A DNA stretch of 62,099 nucleotides, counting the filler, from Squatina squatina (lineage: Eukaryota), in the NCBI GenBank assembly GCA_031763465.1. It is 4 parts of 4 records of this genome, joined end to end, with 100 filler letters (N's around TTAATTAATTAA, not from the genome) between each part and the next. Parts side by side here need not be neighbours in the genome. Positions count along the whole stretch, not along the records: positions 1 to 16,394 come from JARFOE010000120.1; 3 more parts are not named here. One strand, 5' to 3'. The position numbers and the translations under genes are program-made. The notes under the pieces are model-generated. The model saw nothing but the letters and a program-made list of their open reading frames with translations. It was not told the DNA's origin and made no database searches. Position 1 is the stretch's first letter, and each line of letters opens with the position of its first letter. Shown in pieces: positions 1 to 13,541 of this stretch.

Positions 1-3000
1 TATCTGTTCGAGTCTCTGGTAGGATTGCAAGTGAACTAAATCGTAATGCACAGAATGTGAAGCCTAGTATAAAGAATCATGTCTTTCCTCTATTATTTGC
101 AAGCTTGTGTCGATTCATTTATTAAACAAGAACTAAAAAGTCTACTGCTCTAAGGGAAAAGGGGCCGTTAATGGAAAGAATTGAAGAAAATCAGAACTGA
201 ATAAAGAAATTCCCTTTAGTGGGAAATAACATCTCTTGAGGCAAGTGGGAGAAGACAGTGTCTCAAAAACGAAGACCAGACAAGGCCATATTCAAACACT
301 GACAGCTTGTGGGATGTAAGCTGACTTGTGTTACAAGAAATGGGGCTAGCAGTAGCTGCCACTGTTCCCTGGGGCTTTCCCTGATCTCATCATTAAAAAC
401 CTGTTAAAACACTTTTGATGTTGCCACAAGCCAAGTGTGAAAAGCCAGCACTGATGGCCTCGTTACTTCAAAGTAGCGATGTGTGGGACACAGCAGCCAA
501 TATCATGTGCATCAAGGTGTGATGTGAACACAGATCTGATTTTGCTCTGAAATTTTCATGAGGCATGCAAGCAGACTTGGGGCATACTGTGATCTAATGT
601 GTTTCTCTAGCCTGGCTATTTCTGTCTAGTGTGCGTGAAAAAAAAAAACACCAAAAAGGATTCTACAGCAAAAGGTGATGGACAGCTCACATTGATGAGG
701 GTGAAATCAATTAAGGTGCATCAAATCATAAACTCATGCAGTCTCAAAGTGACAAATATTGGCTGGAACTAAGCAAGGCAGCTGCTAAATAAAATGCTTG
801 ACCTCTTTACTGCAGCTGTTTTTTATTCAGTTCCAAAGATACCAACATTTACTTCAGTTTGTTCTTGGAGAATGTCTTATAAACTAATAGACACAGATAT
901 ATTTCTGACGTAGAATTCATGGGCTTTAAAAAAAAACTCAGAAATAAATAAAAGANNNNNNNNNNNNNNNNNNNNNNNNNNNNNNNNNNNNNNNNNNNNN
1001 NNNNNNNNNNNNNNNNNNNNNNNNNNNNNNNNNNNNNNNNNNNNNNNNNNNNNNNAGAGCCTTTGGCTCGTGGGTGACACCAGAAAACAGTTGGTGGCTG
1101 CAAACAGAAGTCAGTGAAGGACAGTGAAGATAAACTACTATTTCTACCAAACTAAACATTCCGAACAACGCAAAGGCTGACATCCATTAGATAACGGGTG
1201 ATAAACAAACAGCCAGCGGCCTGGCGTTTTGATCCCAAGCCTCATAAGAAAACAAATAACTGTTGCAAAGTAACAAGCAGGTAGCAAATCACAAATATTT
1301 AATCTAACTGTTTGATGATAAACAACTGAACGTCCCTGAAACGCAAGGCACAAGTTTATCTTTCTGGGACAAAGAAAAAGGTAATAAAATAAACAGATAG
1401 ATAAAAAGATGGTGTAAAATCAACAGAAAAATGTTAAACAGAAACGTTTTCTGTTTAATTGCTAGTAGATAAAAAAAGAACTGAATGAATTTCTTAATCC
1501 GATCAAACAAAAAAAATAAAGTTATATGAATATCAGCCGGCATTGATTGATTTGGTGTCAGGTGACCTAAGTTATACTACCACCTCCGTGTTGCTCTCTA
1601 GCCAAGGTAGCAGAGCTCTGCTCACACTTGCTTACACAGGTGTGCAGAGTTAAGCTCACCAAATGCTGGAATATGTCCAAGAGGCAACAGAACTTTGCCG
1701 AGAGTAAAAATGTGAAAAATGACGTTTAAAAAGGAGCATTTTTTACAGTTACCTCAGTGTTTGCAGACATTCAGTTTGTGTGACTTTATGTCACTATTGC
1801 ACTACACAGTTTACATGGATGTGAAATCACTTCACTTCAATGCAAAAAATGTGTCGTATTACTGGTGCAAAATAAGACTGTACTATTGGGGTGAAGAGAT
1901 TTCACGTTTCAGTCACAAATGTATCACTTGTGATGGTCACAGTGCTCATTTTGATTTTGCCACTCCTTCATGTGTTTGTAACAGTGAAAGCGTTGGCAAA
2001 CATCTTTTCACGAAGACAGCGTCCCTTTATAATACATAACTCTTGCTTGTGTGGTCGTACACACCAAGAAGGGCCACAGCTGAGTTTGATTAATTAAAAA
2101 GCAAATGAGTTCTCAATAAGAAACCAGATGCTCACTACAAACGTTAAACCAACAGACATTTCAGAAACGGATGTGTTGACTGTTGCTTTACTGACAAAAT
2201 GGTACAACTGTCGAAGCAGCAAAGAACAATAATTTAAAATGAGAAACAAGTGCAAAGCACCGGGGCTCTTTTGCAGGTTTTTGAATGCTAGCCATAAAAA
2301 ATACAAGATAAGTAGAAAAGAATAATCTAAGAGAGTGCTGGAAACAATTTGTTCAAGATCTAGTATCAGGCATGGCTAATGCTGAGGTTCCGGGCAGAAG
2401 GCAATTTAGTGAAAGGACNNNNNNNNNNNNNNNNNNNNNNNNNNNNNNNNNNNNNNNNNNNNNNNNNNNNNNNNNNNNNNNNNNNNNNNNNNNNNNNNNN
2501 NNNNNNNNNNNNNNNNNNTGAGTTACTTAACTTAATTGGATCTGTTGCCAATAAACGGCTAAACTGTTTTTTCTTCACTGGCAGCAGTCATTTATGGTTG
2601 TGTTAAAGCTGTAACAAAATGTGTGGATTGGTCTTAACACCATTCAAAGTTATTCCTGTCACTTTGACTGCAATTCCAGCTTGCGGTAATTGGGTGATAA
2701 AACCCTGAATATCTGCCCCTCCCATATCCTCTTGTAAGTCTCCTTGCTGGCTGATCTAACATTGGACAGCTTACTGCGGAGGGAATTGCAAGTATGCGAT
2801 ACTTACATTTTTCTATTGAATACGAGGCTTTGTAGACACAATATGCATTTATTTGTACAGTTTTAATCATTATTGTGTGGAAAGGGAGTATAAATGTTTT
2901 GGGTGTCACATTGTTGCCTTTTCTGGAGTACCTCAGCCTAATGATTTGGAATATGCAATCATGAAATTCTGAGGTTTTTGAAATATGACTCCTGTCAATT

Positions 3001-5479
3001 ACCTGAGTTGTATCTGAAGTAAAGCTGCCTTCAGATCAGACCTGAAGGTGGTTTTGATTAAGATTTAGTCCAAATAATACTTTTCTGCATTATTGGTATA
3101 TTGCTCTTTAAGTCAGCAGATATTTCAGCTCCGATACAAATCTGCTAAGGATCATATTTTCCTTTATGAATGTGAGTAAACAGGTGAGTAGGACTTGTAG
3201 GCAACTTTTATTTCATTTTCAGGGCTGCGTTGAGTCTTGGTCCCATCAAAAAATGTGTTTATAGCAATCAGCCCTAAAAGCTGCTTGTTAAGATATGTTA
3301 AGTCCTTNNNNNNNNNNNNNNNNNNNNNNNNNNNNNNNNNNNNNNNNNNNNNNNNNNNNNNNNNNNNNNNNNNNNNNNNNNNNNNNNNNNNNNNNNNNNN
3401 NNNNNNNNNNNNNNNNNNNNNNNNNNNNNNNNNNNNNNNNNNNNNNNNNNNNNNNNNNNNNNNNNNNNNNNNNNNNNNNNNNNNNNNNNNNNNNNNNNNN
3501 NNNNNNNNNNNNNNNNNNNNNNNNNNNNNNNNNNNNNNNNNNNNNNNNNNNNNNNNNNNNNNNNNNNNNNNNNNNNNNNNNNNNNNNNNNNNNNNNNNNN
3601 NNNNNNNNNNNNNNNNNNNNNNNNNNNNNNNNNNNNNNNNNNNNNNNNNNNNNNNNNNNNNNNNNNNNNNNNNNNNNNNNNNNNNNNNNNNNNNNNNNNN
3701 NNNNNNNNNNNNNNNNNNNNNNNNNNNNNNNNNNNNNNNNNNNNNNNNNNNNNNNNNNNNNNNNNNNNNNNNNNNNNNNNNNNNNNNNNNNNNNNNNNNN
3801 NNNNNNNNNNNNNNNNNNNNNNNNNNNNNNNNNNNNNNNNNNNNNNNNNNNNNNNNNNNNNNNNNNNNNNNNNNNNNNNNNNNNNNNNNNNNNNNNNNNN
3901 NNNNNNNNNNNNNNNNNNNNNNNNNNNNNNNNNNNNNNNNNNNNNNNNNNNNNNNNNNNNNNNNNNNNNNNNNNNNNNNNNNNNNNNNNNNNNNNNNNNN
4001 NNNNNNNNNNNNNNNNNNNNNNNNNNNNNNNNNNNNNNNNNNNNNNNNNNNNNNNNNNNNNNNNNNNNNNNNNNNNNNNNNNNNNNNNNNNNNNNNNNNN
4101 NNNNNNNNNNNNNNNNNNNNNNNNNNNNNNNNNNNNNNNNNNNNNNNNNNNNNNNNNNNNNNNNNNNNNNNNNNNNNNNNNNNNNNNNNNNNNNNNNNNN
4201 NNNNNNNNNNNNNNNNNNNNNNNNNNNNNNNNNNNNNNNNNNNNNNNNNNNNNNNNNNNNNNNNNNNTTTAAGCGACTGTTAAAATCAGCTCAGTTTTTC
4301 CACAAAATACACACTGCAGAAATGGGAGTGAACAGGTTAAATGTAGTCAATGCCATTTAAGTGCACTGTTTATTTTCCTTCTTCTCATTTCCTCTTTATG
4401 TAAAACCGTCCTGACATATAGCGTTGGTATCTCGGATGTGGCTTTGGAAAGGAGATTCTGATTACAACCATTCAAGGACCCCAGAGTGGTGTCAGTAAAG
4501 TTCATTACTTTGGAAAGATCATTCCCAGTAGAAAGAATAGTGTAACATTTCTCCCCAGAGAATTGCAAAAACAGCTAATGTTGAGCAGCTTTGGATAAAT
4601 CTTTGTAATTAAATTATCCTGCCTCTGGCACTTCATTAGCATAGATCTCCTGTTTACCCACACCCTAAGAAAAGAGCACTCATTTCTTTTCAAGACTCCA
4701 CTGAATGTACTGAAGTACTTTTTGCCTCAGTAACATTGACTAATACTGTGTATTTTACATTTCATATAAATACATAAAATCCAATCCAATTCAAAATTCC
4801 TTGAAGCAGTTCGAAGTTCAGCTTCAAATATCTTGCCGTAAACTTCATGTCAGTTTGTATATAATAGGAAAACAAAGCTTAGCTAATTTTGTGACAGCAA
4901 GTATGTTACATTGATAGTGCAAGGATTTGCTTTAAATTAAGGTTATTTACAAGAAAGCGAAACAGCAGGCTATAAAGGGCTGGATAATCAACATTTATTT
5001 ATTGTTTTTGCTCTTATTTTGTGTTTGCTGTTCCAAGGGGGGCATTACAGCTNNNNNNNNNNNNNNNNNNNNNNNNNNNNNNNNNNNNNNNNNNNNNNNN
5101 NNNNNNNNNNNNNNNNNNNNNNNNNNNNNNNNNNNNNNNNNNNNNNNNNNNNTCTCCTGTGCCCGGAGATCGTGATGTCACCGTGCTGCGCAATGTCCCG
5201 GTAACGGCCTGGACCCGAACTTTGTTTCCGCCCCCTCCAGCATCACCGGGCGACAACACTGACAGCAGCAGGTGGTGTATTTCGGGAGACTGGGCACTTC
5301 GGGAGCGCTGTTTAAAGGGGATGATGGTTGCGGTGGGAAAAACATTTGTTGTCATGCCAAATGTTCATTTTTCATTATTTTCTTGGGCCGTGATTGATCA
5401 GCCCTGCACTCTGCTACCATTATCACCCCAAACGGGGCACTACACAATTTCTCCCCAAGGGAGTCATATCTTGCATTGA

Positions 5480-5800
5480 GTTTTCTTTTCCACTAAGAAT
5501 AGATTTAACTTCCTTTGTCTATCTTCAAGGCACAGTAATCTAAAACCTAAATCATTTTTGTTGCCCTCTCTGAATCCTTTCCACTGCCTCTATAACATTT
5601 CATAAGTGACCACAGTTGTACACAATGCTCCACATGTAACCATTCCTATATTTCACTGAATGGAGTTACATTCAATGGGTCTATTTATACAACCCTATAT
5701 TTTATTTGGACTGTCAACTGCTACCATACAATGTGACAGCATGTTCAATGTTTGGTCAACTATTACATACAGTCTGTTTTTCTGATTCACTTTATTTAAT
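5480..5800 (-). mobile_element. Old, degraded CR1-type LINE fragment
   Basis: Phrases such as GTTGCCCTCTCTGAATCCTTTCCACTGCCTCTAT and GACCACAGTTGTACACAATGCTCCA resemble the reverse complement of CR1 ORF2 3' sequence. A better-preserved relative is at 43250-43400. Boundaries approximate. Confidence 0.45.
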
Positions 5801-8749
5801 TATGTTTCCTTCATTTTGTAATGATATGTGCTACTTTAGTGCCAATATGTATTGCTTCATACACCTTAATATTACATTTCTTCTGCAATTCAACTGCCTC
5901 AGTAGATCCAAGTTATGTGGTAATGTTGGGCATTTGGAAGAAAAGGTTGCAACTACTTGAGCTAGACTGTTAAATGTTTGCAATATAGCAGGTGATTGGT
6001 TCCCTTCTAAAGTAGATACGATATCCGAGGATGAAGAAATTAGAACCTCTCCTATCTTAAGCAAATTAAAGGTTTAAAACCTATACAGCAGCGCATATGA
6101 AATACAACCCATGTTGAGCAGAAGCATAACGTGGATACAGAATTCCTGGCTGATTTCTGAACTGAATCTGGTTCCACTGGAATTCCTCCCCATTTTTTCT
6201 AGTTTGCACTTTTCCGGTCGCTGGGCTATGGGCAGATCTTCTGCTGGCACCCCTCCCCCGATCCAGGAGGCGTATCAGAGGGTTTCTGGGCCTAGCCCAG
6301 GAATTCTGCCATTCAAACTCTGAAAAGAACACAGTGGATGAGAGCAGGAGTGAGTCCCTTTGAAAGGCACCAAACTTTACCCCTGAGATCAATTACTTAC
6401 GGCTTGTAGAAAAATGGTTCCTTTCGTAGATGAAGACTGCCACAGATATTTTGTTTTTCACCTCGGAAGGACGTGGGGGCACCTCAGGCGGAGGAGCTGT
6501 GGCTTGACTGAAGTGGGCACAGCTGAAGAGATCCTGCCGCCATCCGTGGCCCATGAAAATGACCTATGGAGGAGGTTAGCAACCAATTATGTGGGCAGAC
6601 GTGGATTCCGTTCTGTCACTCTTCCANNNNNNNNNNNNNNNNNNNNNNNNNNNNNNNNNNNNNNNNNNNNNNNNNNNNNNNNNNNNNNNNNNNNNNNNNN
6701 NNNNNNNNNNNNNNNNNNNNNNNNNNGCAATTCACATCTCCAGAGACACCTTGCTCCACATCTCCAATAGCGCTGCACCCCTTACTTCCAGGAGCACCTC
6801 ACTCCTCCCTCCTTCAGAGACACTACTCCATTCATTAGGAAACAGCACTGATTAAAGAAAATAGACAGGAAAAACTGCACTGGGAATAGAAAAGGCAAGA
6901 TTCTACAATGAAAGAATTCTGACCTAGGCCAATAAACGATGCCTGAAAGTGCAGCCACTTCACTTTGCCGTTATATTCTATTGAAGCTGTGTTCAATCAA
7001 TACTTCCCTATGCAGATACCTGAACAGAAATAAATGAGGCAAATGAAACAAAAGAAGCGCATTGTAAACCTACAATCATTTGGAACTATTGCCTTATTTC
7101 AACATCTAAAGCAGCATTTCTTAAATTGTATTTGTAACTTTCTGCCTCAGTCTGCATTGGTTCATTGAAGGTCATTTTCATTCATTACTCTACTCGTTGT
7201 ATATAGAAGGGGATTTATATAAGAAGGGGATTCATAATCAGTCCTATTGACTTCTGAGCTGTCATACTATATACTCAGACCCTCTATTAAAAATTCCTTT
7301 TTCCAAATAGAATTTAATCTGAAAATCATTGCAGTCAAAGGTTACCTTTCAAGTTATTAGCACATTGCACTGCAGAGTGACACAACTTATATTGACATAT
7401 TCTAACTCCAGTTCTCTATTGTAACAGCAACGCTCTAAGTATGTCAGAGCCTTTCTTTGAGCCAGGCATACATTTAAAACAATGTTTTCTATAAAAGTAA
7501 TAAAATGTAATAGTCGAGTACGTACAGTGACAAAGCTCCAAAGGTGCAGCCTCTTACTATAGTGAATTCTTCCCAAGCCTTGCCAGAGCTCCACGAAAGC
7601 CAGCAGTGGAAATCAGACCTCAGCAAGATGAGCTCCTCTATTCTACTTGGCACAGATAAATTACTGGTTTAGTACAATAATGATTTAAAGGGGAAAAAAA
7701 CACCTCCAATGTCTATAAGAAGCTTATTCTAGGAAGGATTTATTGTTACTTTTTTTAAAACTGGTTTCTGAGTTTGCAAGGGGAACTGATTCCAATCAGT
7801 TTATCAGCAGTGTGATCAGCACAGAGAGGGGTGGCGGGAAGGGGGGGGAAGCCACATTCTGGACAAAAAATGTTACTGCTGTCTGAAATGGAGACTTATA
7901 TGAGAACATATTCAGAAGGGGATGTAACAAGATCCTTGGAAATTAACGTTGAACATAAACCAATGCAACGGCAAAAGGGTAGCCTTCAAGAAGAAACATT
8001 AGTGTATCCTTAATCTGGAGAACAATCCTTATTCTGCTTTAGAGCTTTTTTTTTTTAGGAGGAAATACTACTGGACACACTCTATTTTAACATTTTTATA
8101 GAAAAAGTTATATGCCTTTTGAAAAAAATATCACCAAAGAAGGAATGGAATGGCAATCATTTTGTTTCAAAATAGGATCTGCACTGTCAGCAATACCATC
8201 AAAACATTGTTTTTAAAGCAGAAGAAAAGATGGAATGAAAATATAACAGAAAAAATAAGAATCAATTTTGGAATAGACAGCTGAAGTCAAATTTTTGCTT
8301 TCTCAATGGAAATGGTTGATTCCTTTAAACATTATTCATTCAGTGTTGGTTAAAAAATCATNNNNNNNNNNGCCCTTCCTTAAACAAGACCCCCTGAGAA
8401 TATCAGGATGCCACTAAGAAGGAATGAATGACCTCTTGTCCACCTGCAGTTTAAAACAATATGCACCACTTTGGACTTTAGGGACCATTCATTCAGTGCT
8501 ATTTTCTTCCTTAATTCACACATAAAGCTTCACCATAGCGTGTAACCCTTGTCTTAACTTTGTCTGTGAGGAAACAATGTTTCAGTTTAAAAAATCTTTC
8601 CTCTCTAAAGGCTTCAGGGTTAGCAATTAGGAAGTGAATAATCGNNNNNNNNNNNNNNNNNNNNNNNNNNNNNNNNNNNNNNNNNNNNNNNNNNNNNNNN
8701 NNNNNNNNNNNNNNNNNNNNNNNNNNNNNNNNNNNNNNNNNNNNGCTCC

Positions 8750-9265
8750 TAATGTACTACTTCTTTGTGGTGAGGTAAGGCTGAGCAGCATTGGCTAGAA
8801 AGATTCCGCAGAAGCCTTAGAGGTCTGAGGTGACTTGAAGCTGCTGTCCCAGAGGGAAGAGCTTCCAACAGCTTTTCTCTTGCAGTGTCTAGAGATGCCA
8901 GGCCTATGTCTGAATCTTCTTCATCTACAGGCTTTGAAGGGGGCCATAAGGAAGCAGGCTCACTGCCACTCGCCAGAGATAGCAATATCTATTACCATCC
9001 CTTGAAGTTCACTGGTGCAGGCTCTGAGGTGCTACTTCTCAGTGCAATAACAGACATAAAAGTCCCAATCAAGTCTTGGAAGCTGTGTTAAAAGGTGATG
9101 TTCAGGCTGATTCTTAGTGCGTCTATTGAAGCTAATAACTGCCATTCCAGAAGCCATCAACGTCCTAAGTATCTCCTTGTGGAGCCTGTTGCTGCAGAAA
9201 CCTCTTGAACTGTCACTCTCTCCAGGTTGCTCTGCATGTTCTGAGGAACTTTCTGCCTTATGCCT
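8750..9265 (-). mobile_element. Probable degenerate PIF/Harbinger accessory (Myb/SANT-like) ORF remnant
   Basis: GC-richer, coding-like, stop-interrupted sequence (...SNRLHKEILRTLMASG...; ...DEEDSDIGLASLD...) similar in character to the remnant at 22920-23690. No diagnostic motif is intact. Confidence 0.3.
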
Positions 9266-9419
9266 AACAAAAATCCGAGATTTCGGACAGGGAGTTTTAC
9301 CAGTTAATATTGTGGTTTGGAGAGTGAAGCTCCCTGATGACAGTGTGAATTTGAAATATTACTGTGGAAAACAAACATTGCTGAGAATACCATGAATATA
9401 AGAAAATTCAAGGAAGAGA

Positions 9420-9680
9420 AAGTGCCATTTGGTCAATTGAGCTCATCGTTTTAGTATTTCTGCTCACCCAGTCTGGAAGCCAACTCTTGCATGAACTCCT
9501 CCATAATTTTTCTTTCTACTTCCTCACCTAATAGACATTCCAAATGTTTATCACCTTTAGAGTGAAGAAATGTTTGAAGGCCTGGGACTTGTTTTTTGAG
9601 AAGACATTGTGATTTCTCCATATTCATGGAGCTGTTATTTTGACCTCCACAACTTTTCATCACTTATATCTGTTAAGTGA
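9420..9680 (-). mobile_element. CR1 LINE 3' fragment
   Basis: Starts with GCCATTTGGTCAATTGAGCTCATC and continues with reverse-complement CR1 3'-end-like sequence (AACTCCTCCATAATTTT..., CTTCCTCACCTAATAGACATTCCAAATGTTTATCAC). Confidence 0.45.
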
Positions 9681-12600
9681 CTATTTAACTACTTGAAAAA
9701 TGTCCAACTGCATCACAGCCCCAAACAAGTGAAGCACTATCCGAGAAAACAGCCCACAGAAAGTACAATTGTCAGACGCCAGTATGCTAGCCACAGTGAG
9801 TAGGCAAAATAAAAAGTGAGCAAGCCTAATCCAAAATAAATGCAGTTTAGTTTCAAAGTAGATGAATCGTTGTCGGAACTTTTCTCCCATTTATAACCAG
9901 TGAGAAACCCAACCCCATCAGATTTCCAATCAAGAACACCAAGAGAAGTACAGTAAAATGTTCAGTAAACAAATTATTATATTGTTAAATTGTTAAAAAA
10001 TACATCCTTACCAGCTGTAAGGAGTTCCTGCTCAAGACTCAAGACATAGTCTTCCAGCAGGGAGAAAACAGCAGGAAAGAAACAGCTGGAATAACCTGCC
10101 ATGATTGCAACTGGCTTAGAAATGAAAGCTGAAGTGCGTCTGGTTCTTCCCCAGCTCTAAATTCCAACACATTAACTAAATCTTTACCACATCCTTTAAA
10201 AAACATTGCTTGTGTAATTGCATCTATTGAAAGTTTCAACTTGTAGAAATAACAGAATAAGATATGTTCATTACACATAACCCCATGCAAATACTTCTTC
10301 GTCCATTGCTAAATAAGCTTTGCGTCAAATATGGAGTTTTTTTTATTTAGTTAATTAAATCAATACTTATGCAAGAAAGTTCAATGAATGCATCTTTGCT
10401 TAATTTGGCTCCCACATCCATAATATTAGTGCGTTATCATAGCGGGCACAGAGCAAAAAGGCCAATTGATATATCAGCCAGTAATTTATTAGTCAAATAC
10501 AGCTGAGATCTACCTCATACATTTATTGGCGAAAGGGCTCTGGAACTAGAAACCCCCATTCTTCTTGTAAAAATAAATTTGATTACACTAAGTAGTGCAT
10601 TTGGAAAAAAAGAAACAGGGCAGCAAAACTAATTTATTCTTTGGGTGTTCTTTTAGCCTAATACTGATGTCCCAGATGCACGAGCAAAGATCAACATGAA
10701 TCTAATTCGGGCCTATTTCAGAATTGCTGAATGCGTGTTTAAGTCCCTGACTCAAGGAACTCCATTTATTTTATTCAAAAGTCGAGCGCTTTTCTGCTGG
10801 ATGCCCCCCGTTTAAATGCTTCTGAGGTCTGTAAGTGCCTTATTTCACAAAATGTCATCCTGAGGATTAGCAGAACGTAATTTAAGGAAGCAGACTCCGA
10901 GGTGGATGNNNNNNNNNNNNNNNNNNNNNNNNNNNNNNNNNNNNNNNNNNNNNNNNNNNNNNNNNNNNNNNNNNNNNNNNNNNNNNNNNNNNNNNNNNNN
11001 NNNNNNNNTAACAAGCCCAATCTAGGGAAGTCGTGTGGGGAGCTGACATGGAGCCAAGAGCGGAGTTGCAGCCTGCCGCGGACATCACCCACTTTTTTTC
11101 CGCCTCGGTAGGAAAAATCGAGCCCTGAGTTTCAGTCAAAGTTGAGAGTTAAAAACTTGGAACATTCACTTCGCTGCTGGCATGTAGCTACGGGAAGCAT
11201 TGTTGAGTTTGTTTTCTAAGAGATAAGTACTCCCTTCTCACAACAATTATCTGCTCTCTACACAATTAATGGTCTGACTTTTTCATAAACAACTCCATTC
11301 ATTTCCTGAAAAACAAGTACAGCATTTTGCTGGTCATGGCCATCACTGTGGCTTGTCAGACGACTGGCTTTTAAAACAAACAACATATTCATCTAAAAAC
11401 ATCTACGCAATTGAGAGGGGTGGGATTTTGGGTAGTATAGTAGGTTTCGTATTGTTCTTGCATGTCTGGGACTTGGGAGAGAATCCTACCGAGACTGATA
11501 GGAAAGGAAATCTCCCTTCCATTCTGGTTGTAATAATTCTAATTGATTTTGTCTCGCTCTATTCCAGTTTTCATCAGACTTATGTCCAGAGCACATAAAT
11601 TCCCAGAGGAAGAAAATGCCCCCTTTTGGTGATGCCTGTTAGTGCCTCTGGGAGCGCTACTGGGGCACAAAACACTTTTCACCCGGATGGAGGCGCTACA
11701 GGCTCAGGAGTTAATGATAACACTCTGGCCCGCCACACAACTGCTGATGTCGTCATCGCCAAGCGTGGTGGCGCCTTAGCGCCGTGCACCGACCCCTTNN
11801 NNNNNNNNNNNNNNNNNNNNNNNNNNNNNNNNNNNNNNNNNNNNNNNNNNNNNNNNNNNNNNNNNNNNNNNNNNNNNNNNNNNNNNNNNNNNNNNNNNAA
11901 CAGTTAAGGAAAGATTAAAGGATCAACTCAAAGTTTCATGCTATTCATATGCAAATAGGTTTATTAAGCTCATCATAAGACATGCCGTGAAATAAAGTAG
12001 GTGTGTAAGTTTGCACAGACTTCTGCAATGAGAAGTGGATTATCGTATAAAATCACCACTAAGTGGTTTTAAGAACATAGGGTGCGGAATGAGCCGGCAT
12101 GCAATTTTTATTCATTCTAACGATTTGAATATTTTAAGGAGGCTGCTGTATTCATATGGGAAGTGATTTAAGCTTGGTTGTTATAATATTGTTCTCATTT
12201 TCAAAGCCCCCAGCACTAGCACTTAAGAACAGTGAGAATAGAAAATGACAATAAGCAGCTTTTGGAGCTCCTGTCCAGGAGCTGCACTCTCCATATGCTG
12301 CACTATGGCTATTATAGTTCAGGCCGAGTGAGTTGCTTTACAAAGCTGAGTATCAGAAGATCAAAGCATCACCAATAACAGAACAGAACCTGGAGCCACA
12401 TCACCATGGGAACCATCAACATTTGTATTATTACACCCATAAAATCAATTCAATAAAATTTACTACTTGGAAAAAAATAATTTCTGACCAACATGTTTAT
12501 TGAACAAAATACTGCCATTATTGAGTTCATGACAAAGGCTTTCTAATTATGGGGCTTTTGCACTGTAGAAGTAAATCCACTACTTTAATGCATTCTATGA

Positions 12601-13487
12601 ACTGCGAAGAGCAAGGAATTTAATTTTAAGACAAGCATGTGGCCAAGTGCTTCTTGAATTCTTCTCTAGCTCTGAGTGCATGTTGCTTCATCTCAGATAC
12701 AAGTTGGAATTACACTAGATTCTTAACTGACTATAAATAAATCAAATATACCTTTACACACACACATCTCTTCGTGAAAAAATGTCTTTATTGGCATACC
12801 ACAACAATAGACCAGCTGTAGTTAAAAATGCACCGACTATCTATGCATACCATATGAAACCGTAGAATCAATATAGTTTTGTACTACCTTTAATTGGGGC
12901 TAACATTGAAAGTAATGAAGATGGAAAATAAATAAAGCAAAGCAATGTTATTGTAACATGGCATTAGTATATTAAAGCTTTTTTTCCCACGAGTCTCACA
13001 AATAATGTCATAATTCTGTCTCCCACTGAAAATGAAAAACTTCCCTTAGTGCAATCTGAAAAAAATCTAATTCTAGTTATTTTAGCATAACACAGGATTG
13101 TTAATTAAGTCCATAAATTGTTTATGATTTGAAAAATTACAATTGTGGCTTGTGTACACTGTGTAAAGATGAAAGTTATAGAGCACCACTTTGTTTTGTG
13201 TAGACATATTATGTATCCATTTGATTATGTAAAATATGGAACCACATTAGTAGGCATTAATAGATTTTTCTGTGTGTCTGGTAGATTATTTATTCAAGGA
13301 AATTAAACATTTTCACTTGGTACTGAGTGGAAGAGAGATCAAGTGGAGAGAAAATTTATAACTTTGAATGATAATTGGCCTCCAGATNNNNNNNNNNNNN
13401 NNNNNNNNNNNNNNNNNNNNNNNNNNNNNNNNNNNNNNNNNNNNNNNNNNNNNNNNNNNNNNNNNNNNNNNNNNNNNNNNNNNNNNN

Positions 13488-13541
13488 TCGAAGGGCCGAA
13501 TAGCCTACTCCTGCTCCTATTTTCTATGTTTCTATGTTTCT
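13488..13541 (+). mobile_element. CR1 LINE 3' terminus
   Basis: TCGAAGGGCCGAATAGCCTACTCCTGCTCCTATTTTCTATGTTTCTATGTTTCT is the conserved 3' motif plus octamer tail. It abuts a gap. Confidence 0.8.

Noticed and set aside
3237-4283. Long ORFs of 348 and 325 aa, and many other X-filled ORFs in the track
   Set aside because: They are open only because N runs contain no stop codons.
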